DNA of 64,000 bases, taken from NCBI GenBank assembly GCA_963715865.1, contig OY970280.1:448001-512000 (forward strand), written 5' to 3'. Source of the stretch: Candidatus Bathyarchaeota archaeon. Its GTDB lineage: Archaea > Thermoproteota > Bathyarchaeia > Bathyarchaeales > Bathycorpusculaceae. The notes under the pieces are model-generated. The model was not told the DNA's origin, made no database searches, and saw only the letters and a list, made by a program, of their open reading frames with translations. This document shows positions 10,643-20,261 of the stretch, piece after piece; positions within the stretch are counted from its first letter, which is position 1; every line of letters starts with the position of its first letter. The translations under genes were made by a program, and so were the position numbers.

Positions 10643-12559
10643 ATGCGTATAATATCAAAAGAAAACTTTACCGAGTTTGTCAACGCTCTGATAAAAGATA
10701 GTTCTTTGAACGTTATAGGCGTCAAAGCCAAAGGTGATAAATTCGCTTTTGGACCCTTAGAATCTGCCAATGAACTGCGATTGGATTACGATGTTACCCT
10801 TCTTCCGCCTAAGAAGTATTTTTTTCCACAAAGAGAAACCTTAGTAACTTATAATGTTGGAAAGGGATTTTCCGCCAAAAATCCATCTGAAATCAAGCCC
10901 ACGGTAATAATCGGGGTTCATCCATATGACATGATAGCTCTTCTCCACATGGATGAAATCTTTAGCGAAACAAAATCAGACCCTTACTATTTTGAAAAAC
11001 GAAAATCGTCGATAATTATCGGCGTAAACATTCAAAAAATGTCAAAGTGGTGTTTTGCATCTTACATGGGCTCTGTCACAGTAGAATATGGCTATGATCT
11101 TATGCTTACTGATCTTGGAAACAGGTACGCCATCAATATTGGCTCGCCAAAAGGTGAAGAGCTTTTAGATAAATATGCCAAAAACGTGGATAATGCGCTT
11201 GCAAGAGACAGCCAGCTGGTCGGTCAGAAAAAACGGGAAATAATGGCGATGACTCAGCAAAAGCTAGATTTTCCACCAGAATTAATTCCTGAAATGCTAA
11301 GCAAAAGTTATGAAGACAGCATGTTTTGGGAGAAACATTCAGAGAAATGTTTAGCATGCGGTTCCTGCGTCCTTGTTTGTCCCACGTGCTACTGCTTTGA
11401 CGTTAAAGATAATCCTGATTTGTCGCTTGAACATGGCGAACGAGTAAGAACATGGGACGGATGCTTGCTGGAAGATTTTGCGAAAATCTCTTCGGGAGAA
11501 AACTTTCGCCCAACAAGACCGACCAGATATAGGCACAGATACTTCAAAAAAGGCAAGTACTTGTTTGACCGATTCGGATTTATTTCATGTGTTGGTTGCG
11601 GCAGATGCTCCTCAAACTGCCTTCCCAACATTGCCAATCCAGTCAACCTATTCAACGATATGTACCATGAAAGCCAAAACAGCGGAGTGCAAGTAACAGT
11701 TGCATCAACACCAGAAATTAAGATTCAAACTGAAGGCAACATAGACTACGTTCCCAGACTGGCAACAATAATAAAGAAACAACCCATGACTGCTAATGAA
11801 ACGTTATTTGAAATCAAGTTAGACGACGGCTCAGTACTAGGTCACAAACCAGGCCAATTCGTTGAAGTTTCAGTTTTTGGAATAGGCGAAGCACCAATTT
11901 CTATATCGTCGCCGCCGACAAAGAAAAACACGTTTGAACTATGCGTCCGCAAACTGGGCAACGTAACAACCAAGATGCATACGCTTAATGTGGGCGATAA
12001 AGTGGGAATAAGAGGACCATTCGGAAATGGCTTTGACGCAGAATCCCTGAAAAACAAGGACTTGCTTTTTGTAGCAGGCGGTCTTGGGCTGGCGCCATTG
12101 CGGTCATTGTTCAATTATGTTCTTGATAACCGAAAAGACTACGGCCAAGTCACGTTGCTTTATGGTTGTAAAGAACCAAGAGAACTACTTTTCGCTGATG
12201 AACTCCTTGCGCTCGCTAAGAGAGACGATGTAGAATTCAAGCCTACAGTTAACTGGTGCCCTGAAAACGAAGCTTGGACAGGCAACATAGGCGTAATCAC
12301 AACTCTGATTCCTGAAGTCAACTTTGATCCAGAAAAAACTTACGCTGTAGTTTGTGGTCCACCAATCATGTACAAGTTCGTTATCGCCGACCTAAAAAGC
12401 AAAAACGTTCCAGACGACCACATAATCATCTCTTTAGAGCGAAGAATGAAATGTGGAGTTGGAAAATGCGGCCACTGCCAAATTAACCAAGTCTATGTAT
12501 GCAAAGATGGCCCAGTGTTTAATTATTCAAAAATTAAAGGAATCCCGGAGGCGCTTTAA
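10643..12559 (+). CDS. hydBG: Group 3b sulfhydrogenase beta (4Fe-4S) and gamma (FAD/NAD, 2Fe-2S) subunits fused in one ORF
   Basis: CLACGSCVLVCPTCYC and CVGCGRCSSNC followed in frame by RGPFGNGF, VAGGLGLAP, VCGPP and MKCGVGKCGHC. Likely start ATG 10643. Confidence 0.85.
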   Translation: MRIISKENFTEFVNALIKDSSLNVIGVKAKGDKFAFGPLESANELRLDYDVTLLPPKKYFFPQRETLVTYNVGKGFSAKNPSEIKPTVIIGVHPYDMIALLHMDEIFSETKSDPYYFEKRKSSIIIGVNIQKMSKWCFASYMGSVTVEYGYDLMLTDLGNRYAINIGSPKGEELLDKYAKNVDNALARDSQLVGQKKREIMAMTQQKLDFPPELIPEMLSKSYEDSMFWEKHSEKCLACGSCVLVCPTCYCFDVKDNPDLSLEHGERVRTWDGCLLEDFAKISSGENFRPTRPTRYRHRYFKKGKYLFDRFGFISCVGCGRCSSNCLPNIANPVNLFNDMYHESQNSGVQVTVASTPEIKIQTEGNIDYVPRLATIIKKQPMTANETLFEIKLDDGSVLGHKPGQFVEVSVFGIGEAPISISSPPTKKNTFELCVRKLGNVTTKMHTLNVGDKVGIRGPFGNGFDAESLKNKDLLFVAGGLGLAPLRSLFNYVLDNRKDYGQVTLLYGCKEPRELLFADELLALAKRDDVEFKPTVNWCPENEAWTGNIGVITTLIPEVNFDPEKTYAVVCGPPIMYKFVIADLKSKNVPDDHIIISLERRMKCGVGKCGHCQINQVYVCKDGPVFNYSKIKGIPEAL

Positions 12560-13297
12560 ATGAAGACAAAAGTAGCATTCTTTGATTTTGCTGGTTGCGA
12601 AGGTGACCAATTGCAAATCGCTAATTTGGAAGAAGATTTACTTGCCCTTCTTGACCAAGTTGAAGTAGTTAGCTTTAGAGAAGTCATGAAAGAACACAGC
12701 GACAACTACGACATAGCATTCATCGAAGGGTCATGCACTCGGCTTCAAGACGAAGACAGGCTAAAACAGATCAGAAAAAACGCCAAGATAGTGGTTGCCA
12801 TAGGCTCATGCGCAACAATCGGCGGCATAAACTCGTTGAGAAACTACAGGGAACTAGATGATGTCAAAAAAATCGTTTATGGTGACAGCGCAAAACTCTT
12901 CGACGCCTACACCGCAAGACCGATAGACGCCATAATAACTGTGGATGCCTACGTACATGGATGCCCAATAGACAAAGAAGAATTCCTCAACGTAGTTAAA
13001 TCACTGTTACTTGGAAAGAAACCTGACATACCCACCTACCCTGTTTGCGTCGAATGCAAAAAGAACGAAAACGTGTGCGCTTTTGAAAGAGGCCAATTCT
13101 GCGTGGGACCAGTCACAAGAGCAGGTTGCAACTCCTGCTGCATTAACGAAGAAACTATATGCTGGGGATGCCGAGGTTTAGTAGATAATCCTAACGAGAA
13201 TTCTCAAAAAGAAGTTTTAATCAAATATGGCTTAACAGTGGATGATGCAATTAGTAAGTTTAGGTTGTACTTTGGTTGGCAGGAGAGGAGAAAATGA
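12560..13297 (+). CDS. hydD: Group 3b hydrogenase small (delta) subunit
   Basis: AGCEGDQL, GSCA, GCP and C-terminal CVGPVTRAGC motifs. Confidence 0.88.
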   Translation: MKTKVAFFDFAGCEGDQLQIANLEEDLLALLDQVEVVSFREVMKEHSDNYDIAFIEGSCTRLQDEDRLKQIRKNAKIVVAIGSCATIGGINSLRNYRELDDVKKIVYGDSAKLFDAYTARPIDAIITVDAYVHGCPIDKEEFLNVVKSLLLGKKPDIPTYPVCVECKKNENVCAFERGQFCVGPVTRAGCNSCCINEETICWGCRGLVDNPNENSQKEVLIKYGLTVDDAISKFRLYFGWQERRK

Positions 13298-14604
13298 AAA
13301 ACCGCAACTTAAACCTTGAAGTACACCATGTTACACGTGTTGAAGGGCATGGCAACATATATGTGAACGTACGAGATGGAACAGTCGAAAAATGTGAATG
13401 GGCAATTCCAGAAGCACCTAGATTCTTTGAAGCCATGGTTGTTGGCCGCCAATACAGCGAGTTACACCACATAACCTCTAGAATCTGCGGAATCTGCTCA
13501 ATAGGTCACACGCTTGCTTCGCTTAAGGCAACCGAGGCAGCCATGGGCATAAAAATAAGCGAACAAGACCTAAAACTTAGGAAACTAGCGCTTCACGCAG
13601 AAAACCTGCAAAGCCACATTTTACATTTAGGATTCCTAGTCTTGCCCGACCTTTTAGGAGTAGGCTCAGTTATTCCACTTGCATCTTCAAACCCGAAAGA
13701 AGTAAAAACCGTTCTACGCTTGCATAGAAAAGCAAATGAAATGTCAAATCTACTCTGCGGCAGAACCACGCATCCTCAAAGGCTGATGCCGGGCGGCTTC
13801 TCAAAAATCCCTTCAATTAAAGAATTAACATCGCTCAGACAGAAATTGAAAGAGTCCGTTCCAGATCTTCAAGCCGTTGCAGAATTATTCAAAAGTTTAT
13901 CTCCTAAACTGCCTGATTTCACTAGAGAAACAGAATTCATCGCGTTAACCAGCCCTGACGAGTACGCGCTGTACGATGGAAAAATTGGCTCAACTGACAC
14001 TGGCACAGCGCCGACAAGCGAGTACCTATCATTTGCAAACGAGTACATTGTACCCATATCCACCGCCAAACGCGCAAAACACGCCCGTGAATCCTACATG
14101 GTCGGAGCACTTGCCAGATTCAACCTTAACTACGATAAACTCTCACCTTTAGCTAAGAAAACAGCGGAAATGTTCGACCTCAAACCCGTTTGCCATAACC
14201 CATTCATGAACAACATTGCACAACTCATAGAAGTTGTTCACAGCTTAGAAGACTCAATTAAGCTGATTAATGAATTGGAAGCGGCAGGCTTGAAGAGCCA
14301 ACCAGACTACAATAAACCAGAAATCAAAGTTAAAGCTGGGGGTGGAGTAGGCGCTGTTGAAGTTCCAAGAGGCATACTTTTCCACGATTACACATACAAT
14401 GACAAAGGATATTGCACTAAAGCCAACTGCATAATCCCCACAAACCAAAATCACGGAAACATCGAGTTAGACATGAAAGCACTGCTGCCAAAGATTCTTG
14501 ATAAACCTGAGAAAGAAATTGAGCTAAACTTGGAAATGCTCGTCAGAGCCTATGACCCATGCATTTCTTGCTCGACGCACTACATAAAAGTTCACTTCGT
14601 ATAA
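13294..14604 (+). CDS. hydA: Group 3b hydrogenase large (alpha) subunit
   Basis: RICGICSIGH and AYDPCISCSTH motifs. Confidence 0.9.
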   Translation: MKNRNLNLEVHHVTRVEGHGNIYVNVRDGTVEKCEWAIPEAPRFFEAMVVGRQYSELHHITSRICGICSIGHTLASLKATEAAMGIKISEQDLKLRKLALHAENLQSHILHLGFLVLPDLLGVGSVIPLASSNPKEVKTVLRLHRKANEMSNLLCGRTTHPQRLMPGGFSKIPSIKELTSLRQKLKESVPDLQAVAELFKSLSPKLPDFTRETEFIALTSPDEYALYDGKIGSTDTGTAPTSEYLSFANEYIVPISTAKRAKHARESYMVGALARFNLNYDKLSPLAKKTAEMFDLKPVCHNPFMNNIAQLIEVVHSLEDSIKLINELEAAGLKSQPDYNKPEIKVKAGGGVGAVEVPRGILFHDYTYNDKGYCTKANCIIPTNQNHGNIELDMKALLPKILDKPEKEIELNLEMLVRAYDPCISCSTHYIKVHFV

Positions 14605-14701
14605 ACTTTCAAACAACTGCAGTTTTTTCTTTTTTTATTTTTAAGAAATTATTGTTGGGAAAATAAAGAGGTTTAACTATGATCTCAAAAAAAGGTTGCT
14701 G

Positions 14702-17521
14702 TTAAGCAGAAGCAACCTCTGGCTGCTCTTGAACTTCACTTTTGTTTTCTTCCGAAACTTGTGTCATCTGCTGTTCTTCTACTGCAACTTTCTGTGAAAT
14801 CTGTGGTCGGAGACATCGGACATCCACATCCTCATTTTTGAGGTCTAAAATACCTTTCACTGTGCCGTCGCTTAAGTATTCAAGGTTGAAACCCATTTTC
14901 TTTGTCAGGCTTAAAGCTCTGTAATTATCCAGCAACATTATCGCATAGACGCTTTCAACGCCCATTTCCTTTGCAATGTCAAGCACGTAATCCACCATTT
15001 TAGTGCCTAAGCCTAAACCCTGCCAGTAGTCAGTTATAATGAAAGCCATTTCACCGCTTTTTCCGTTTGGTTCTATGCTAAGGCGGCTTACTCCCAATAT
15101 TTTCCGTTGTCCATTTTCCACTACTTCAGCAACAATGGCTATTTCTCGGTCGTAGTCAATGTTGCAGTAGCGTACTCGAACTTCATGTGGTGTATCTTTA
15201 AGTATCTGGAAGAACCGATAGCGGATAGATTCCTCGGAGAAGCTTTGGAACATTTCCAGCCACATGGGTTCATCTTCAGGTTTTATGGGTCGCAGCAACA
15301 CTTCTTGGCCGTTTTTAAGAGACCACAGCATCTCGTATTTTTTGGGGTAAGGACTAATCACCATATGCTCGTGAGGTTCAAATTTCTTGCAAACTTTATC
15401 TTTGTCAATTACTATTCGTGCATCAATGATGCAAGCTTCTTTCTCATTTATCAATAGCGGATTGATGTCGATCTCTTTTATCTGCGGAAAATCAATAAGT
15501 AACTGAGAAAAGAGCAGCATAGTTTCATCAAGCCGTTTAAGATCAACGGGCGGCGTGTTACGATATCCTTTCAAAAGCTGGTAAACCTTTGTTTCCTCCA
15601 TCATGCGGCGAATGAGCGTCGTATTTAACGGTGGAAGCCCGATGGAATAGTCCTTGAAGAGTTCCACACCTACACCGCCCATTCCGAACAGGATCACTGG
15701 TCCAAAGACAGGATCGGTTTTTCCGCCGATTATTATTTCATAACCTTTTTTCTCAATCATAGGTTGGACTGCAACGCCGATTATTTGGGCATTCGGGTTG
15801 TAGGCAGTTGCTCTTTGAATTAAAATGTCAAAGGCTTCACGTACCTCACCTGCCGAATTTATGTTTAAGATAACTCCGTCCGCATCACTTTTGTGGACAA
15901 TTTGAGGTGAAAGAATCTTTAAAACTACAGGGTAGCCCATTTCCTGCGCAAGCGTAACTGCTTCATCAACATTGTTGGCAACGCCAGTTTTTACAACTGG
16001 AAAATTGTAGTATTTGAGCACTTTTTTTGCTTCATCTTCAGTTAATACTTCACGGTTTTCAAACCATGCGTTTCTCAGTATAGCCATAATGGGACGTTTA
16101 GGTGGTGAAGCATCAACCGGTAACTCTTCAGGAGTTTCATAAAGAAGCCCGAGATTGCGCTGGTAAGTGTACATGTACATGTAGGTTTTGGTTGCTTGCT
16201 CAGGCATAGAGTAAGTTGGAATGTTGTTGGCGTTAAAAATATTGTTTGCCTCTTGCACCGCATCAAAACCCATGAAAGAGGTGAGAATTGTTTTGTTTTG
16301 GTAGGCTTTGCTACGAATAAGTTCAACTATGCCTTTTGCTATTTCCACTGGTTCTGAACCTGCTTGCTGAGTAAAAATAATTAGTATTCCATCGATAGTA
16401 TCATCGTTAAGGCAAGCTTCAACCGCGGCTTTATATCCGTCAGCGCTAGCATCCCCAAGAACGTCAATCGGGTTGCCTTTGCTCCAGAAAGGAGGCAAAA
16501 CACTGTTAAGCGTATTCATTGTTTTCTCACTCAGTTTAGCCAATTTGCCGCCGTGAGCAATCAAAGCGTCAGTAGCCATTACTCCAGGCCCGCCAGCGTT
16601 AGTTATTACGGCAAGTCTTGGCCCTTTCGGCAACGGTTGGGTTCCTAAAACCTCAGCCGCATTAAACAAATCAGCTATTTCTTCAACCCGAACTATGCCT
16701 GCTCGTTTAAAAGCTGCGTCGTAAATGTCATCTTCTCCTGAAAGTGAACCAGTGTGAGAAGCAACGGCCTTTGCGCTCTCAGCAAATTTGCCTGATTTCA
16801 CAACAATTATGGGTTTGGTTCTTGCAAAGTGTCTTGCTGCACTCATGAACTTGCGGGCTTCTGTTATTCCTTCTATATACATTAGTATACTCTTAGTTTT
16901 TGGGTCAGAACCAAAATAATCAATTAAATCGCCAAAGTCCACGTCAATCATTGACCCAACTGAAACAAAGTTGCTGAAGCCGATGTTTTCGTGAATTGCC
17001 CAGTCCAAAATGGCTGAGCCTAAAGCGCCACTTTGAGACAGAAAAGCAATGTTGCCTGGTTTAGGCACCTTATCCAAGAAGGTGGCATTGAGATTTATTC
17101 TGGGACGGATTATGCCAATGCAGTTTGGACCAATAACTCGAATGCCATATTTTTTGGCGGCTTCAAGAATTTTCTCTTCCAAAGCCTTACCTTCAGGACC
17201 TGTCTCCTTGAAGCCGGCAGAAACAATAATTACGCCTTTCACATGTGCCCTTCCACATTCCTCCATAACGTCAGGAACGGTTTTGGCAGGCGTAGCAATC
17301 ATAGCTAAATCAACAGCCTCAGGAATCTGATCGACTGTTTTGTAAGTTTTAACCCCTAAAATCTCGGGCTTTCGAATATTCACAAAGTAAACTTTACCAG
17401 CGTAGCCTAACTGGGTAAAATTTTTAACTATCGCGTAGCCTACTGAACCTTCAACGTCGCTGGCCCCAATGATAGCTACATTTTGAGGGTTGAAAATCTT
17501 GTCAAGGTTTAATGTAACCAT
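14702..17521 (-). CDS. ADP-forming acyl-CoA synthetase (alpha+beta) fused to a C-terminal GNAT (Pat-like architecture)
   Basis: CoA-binding domain, SHTG, ATP-grasp (VHKSD), and a GNAT with WQGLGLG. Confidence 0.88.
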   Translation of the reverse strand: MVTLNLDKIFNPQNVAIIGASDVEGSVGYAIVKNFTQLGYAGKVYFVNIRKPEILGVKTYKTVDQIPEAVDLAMIATPAKTVPDVMEECGRAHVKGVIIVSAGFKETGPEGKALEEKILEAAKKYGIRVIGPNCIGIIRPRINLNATFLDKVPKPGNIAFLSQSGALGSAILDWAIHENIGFSNFVSVGSMIDVDFGDLIDYFGSDPKTKSILMYIEGITEARKFMSAARHFARTKPIIVVKSGKFAESAKAVASHTGSLSGEDDIYDAAFKRAGIVRVEEIADLFNAAEVLGTQPLPKGPRLAVITNAGGPGVMATDALIAHGGKLAKLSEKTMNTLNSVLPPFWSKGNPIDVLGDASADGYKAAVEACLNDDTIDGILIIFTQQAGSEPVEIAKGIVELIRSKAYQNKTILTSFMGFDAVQEANNIFNANNIPTYSMPEQATKTYMYMYTYQRNLGLLYETPEELPVDASPPKRPIMAILRNAWFENREVLTEDEAKKVLKYYNFPVVKTGVANNVDEAVTLAQEMGYPVVLKILSPQIVHKSDADGVILNINSAGEVREAFDILIQRATAYNPNAQIIGVAVQPMIEKKGYEIIIGGKTDPVFGPVILFGMGGVGVELFKDYSIGLPPLNTTLIRRMMEETKVYQLLKGYRNTPPVDLKRLDETMLLFSQLLIDFPQIKEIDINPLLINEKEACIIDARIVIDKDKVCKKFEPHEHMVISPYPKKYEMLWSLKNGQEVLLRPIKPEDEPMWLEMFQSFSEESIRYRFFQILKDTPHEVRVRYCNIDYDREIAIVAEVVENGQRKILGVSRLSIEPNGKSGEMAFIITDYWQGLGLGTKMVDYVLDIAKEMGVESVYAIMLLDNYRALSLTKKMGFNLEYLSDGTVKGILDLKNEDVDVRCLRPQISQKVAVEEQQMTQVSEENKSEVQEQPEVASA

Positions 17522-17677
17522 TTCTCAATTTAACCTCTGCGTTATGGGTCGTGCAACAGCATAAATTAAAGTTTATTGTTCCATAATCTTTATTTTCGGA
17601 TGAGCTTCAGTATTTTAAAAAGCAAAAACTAACGTTTAAAGATTACATAGCTGGGTAAACAGCGCTTAAAACTAAGG

Positions 17678-18133
17678 TTACTGGAAATACTTTTTGATTT
17701 CATCAAGCGAAAGAATAGCAACGCCATTAGCGGTTAACATTTGCTCTGCCTTCTCGATGCTGCTAGGGCGCAGTATCAACGCAACTTTGCCGTCAGCGTG
17801 AACAGCTGATGAATAAGCGTATTCTATGTTTATGCCTCCGTCGCCTAAAATCTTGGTTATCTTTGACAGCGTTTCCTGCGCAGTTATGAAGATCGCAGTT
17901 ACTTCCGTGTTCTTCTTGGACTTAGCAAGATTAAAGTCGGCATCTTCCAAGAACTTAGCAGCTTTCTCAGGCTCTTCAGTTATCAACCGCACTAAACCAA
18001 ACTCTCCTGCCTCAGCAATTGATAACGCGAAAACTTTCATTTTGTTTTGATCGAGCCGCGACATAACATCAAAAAGGGAACCCGGATGATTATCAAGAAA
18101 GACGCTTACTTGAGTTATAGGCAAACACGACAC
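17678..18133 (-). CDS. ACT-domain protein (type found beside phenylacetate-CoA ligase)
   Basis: QVSVFLDNHPGSL...GINIEYAYS tandem ACT repeats. Confidence 0.8.
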   Translation of the reverse strand: MSCLPITQVSVFLDNHPGSLFDVMSRLDQNKMKVFALSIAEAGEFGLVRLITEEPEKAAKFLEDADFNLAKSKKNTEVTAIFITAQETLSKITKILGDGGINIEYAYSSAVHADGKVALILRPSSIEKAEQMLTANGVAILSLDEIKKYFQ

Positions 18134-18365
18134 CCATACCTCAATTGTTTCAAACGATATTTAACTTTAACCAAAGTATTTTGAAGGAGAAATTGATGGT
18201 TTTTCAGAGTGTTTCCGGAAATTGGTTTAAGTTTTTCTGCCTGAGTTTAAGCACTGATTGTACCAAATGGAACACAAATGCTACAATTTGTGACATAAAA
18301 GTCGCAATATTTAATAGATATCCTTATCCTTAGAAAGAGTTATCCCTAAAAAAGTGAAAAAAATA

Positions 18366-18584
18366 ATGATTAATCCCGTAAATTCAAATTTTCAAAATAA
18401 GGATAACAAAGCTAAATGTCCAGACTGTGATTCAGAATTAAATGTTCCATGCGACATAGAAAAAGGAGAAGTACTGAGTTGTCCTAGTTGTGGACTTGAA
18501 CTTGAAGTTAAAAAAATAACTGGTGGAGGTGGATGCGTAGATCTTCAAGAGTTAACTATTGAAGGCGAAGATTGGGGCGAATAA
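18366..18584 (+). CDS. lysW: LysW-family amino-group carrier protein
   Basis: CPDC...CPSC zinc ribbon and a C-terminal EDWGE. Confidence 0.85.
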   Translation: MINPVNSNFQNKDNKAKCPDCDSELNVPCDIEKGEVLSCPSCGLELEVKKITGGGGCVDLQELTIEGEDWGE

Positions 18585-18798
18585 GAGTATTCGCTAAAAT
18601 TTCACTTGTTTTTTAAACACTTTTTCCTATTTTTATTTAAGTTTTCGATTGGGACACGCTAAATAAAATTAAATTGGTTGGTTGGACTAAACATTAGTCA
18701 AGAATCCTCCTGTTGAAAACTTATGAATGAAACAGTATTTTTACCAAACTTTATATTTGCACTTTGAATAATTCCTTGCTAATCGGAGAACGGCTAAT

Positions 18799-19536
18799 TT
18801 GCTAAAGTGCACAGAAGTCTCAAAGCAGTTTGGCGGACTTCAAGCATTAAAAAAAGTAGATTTCACAGTAAACAGCAATGAGATAGCTGGGCTTGTTGGA
18901 CCCAACGGGTCGGGTAAATCTACACTTTTGAACCTTATCAGTGGCGTGTACAAGCCAGATTCTGGAAAAATATTTTTTTTAGACGAAGACATCACGAAAC
19001 TTCCTCCTTACAAAATTTGCGCTAAAGGCATAACTAAGACATCTCAAACCGTTCAATCCTTCCCAGAAATGACCGCCGTGGAAAATGTGTTAACCAGCGT
19101 ACTCTTTAACGAGAAAAAATCCACAGGCAAAATAGAAGCATTGCCTAAAGCAAAAGAACTATTGGATTTCGTGGATTTAAGCAAAGAAAAATTTGATGTA
19201 CCAGCAAAAAACCTAAACGTTGTTGAGTTACGGCGTGTCCAACTTGCCAAAGCTTTAGCAACAAGTCCTAAACTGCTTCTTTTAGATGAATTACTCACGG
19301 GTTTAACTCCAGCAGAATGTGACGAAGCCATCGAACTAATCAAACTCATTAACAAGCAAGGGGTAACCGTGCTCATAGTTGAACATGTAATGAGAGTAAT
19401 AATGGGTTTATGCGATCATGTGATTGTCTTGCACCATGGCGAGAAAATCTGCGAAGGAACACCAAAACAAGTAGTTAATGATGAAAATGTAGTGAAAGTT
19501 TACTTGGGCAAAAGGTTTACGCTTTGTGAGGAGTAA
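18799..19536 (+). CDS. livG: Branched-chain-type ABC transporter ATPase
   Basis: Walker A GPNGSGKS, LLLLDE, VEH, C-terminal VVKVYLG. Confidence 0.88.
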   Translation: MLKCTEVSKQFGGLQALKKVDFTVNSNEIAGLVGPNGSGKSTLLNLISGVYKPDSGKIFFLDEDITKLPPYKICAKGITKTSQTVQSFPEMTAVENVLTSVLFNEKKSTGKIEALPKAKELLDFVDLSKEKFDVPAKNLNVVELRRVQLAKALATSPKLLLLDELLTGLTPAECDEAIELIKLINKQGVTVLIVEHVMRVIMGLCDHVIVLHHGEKICEGTPKQVVNDENVVKVYLGKRFTLCEE

Positions 19537-19539
19537 AAC

Positions 19540-20244
19540 GTGTTAGAAACCCAAAACTTATCCGCGTCGTATGGCATGGTGCAAATACTCCGCGACGTAA
19601 CCTTCAAAGTGGAAGAGAAAGAAATAGTCAGCATCATCGGACCTAACGGAGCTGGAAAAACAACCCTTGTAAAAACAATCATGGGTTTCTTGCATCCAAA
19701 AAACGGAACAATCAAGTTTAAAGGCGAAAACATTGAGAAACTGCCCCCATACGAGATAGTCAAGAAAGGAATTACAATGATTCCTGAAGGCAGAGAAATC
19801 TTCCCCCGCATGACCATCGAGGAAAACCTGCTTTTGGGCGCCTACACAATAAAAGACAAAGCCAAGATTAAGGAAACTAAGGAGAAGGTTTACCAGATTT
19901 TTCCTGTCCTAAAAAAGAAGGAAAAAGCGTTAGCTCAAACGCTCAGCGGCGGCGAACAGCAAATGCTTGTTATTTGCCGAAGTTTAATGTCTAATCCTCA
20001 ACTGTTAATTCTAGACGAGCCTTCATTGGGACTGGCACCAATCATCGTGGAAAAAGTGTTAGACACTATACGCACAATCAACGAAGAAGGCGTAACCGTC
20101 TTGCTGGTTGAACAGAACATTCACGATTCATTAAATGTGGCTGACAGGGGCTATGTTCTCGAGGAAGGAAGAATCGTTTTAGAAGGAAGGAGTAGGGAAC
20201 TTTTATCTAACAGTCACATAAAAGAAGTGTATCTAGGCCTTTAA
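19540..20244 (+). CDS. livF: Branched-chain-type ABC transporter ATPase
   Basis: GPNGAGKT, LSGGEQQ, LDEPS, VEQN motifs. Confidence 0.9.
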   Translation: MLETQNLSASYGMVQILRDVTFKVEEKEIVSIIGPNGAGKTTLVKTIMGFLHPKNGTIKFKGENIEKLPPYEIVKKGITMIPEGREIFPRMTIEENLLLGAYTIKDKAKIKETKEKVYQIFPVLKKKEKALAQTLSGGEQQMLVICRSLMSNPQLLILDEPSLGLAPIIVEKVLDTIRTINEEGVTVLLVEQNIHDSLNVADRGYVLEEGRIVLEGRSRELLSNSHIKEVYLGL

Positions 20245-20261
20245 GAGAGAAGGAACAAAAA

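Noticed and set aside
1226-14604. Selenocysteine or recoding in hydrogenase motifs
   Set aside because: All Ni-binding motifs use Cys codons; the breaks are single-base indels, not in-frame UGA.
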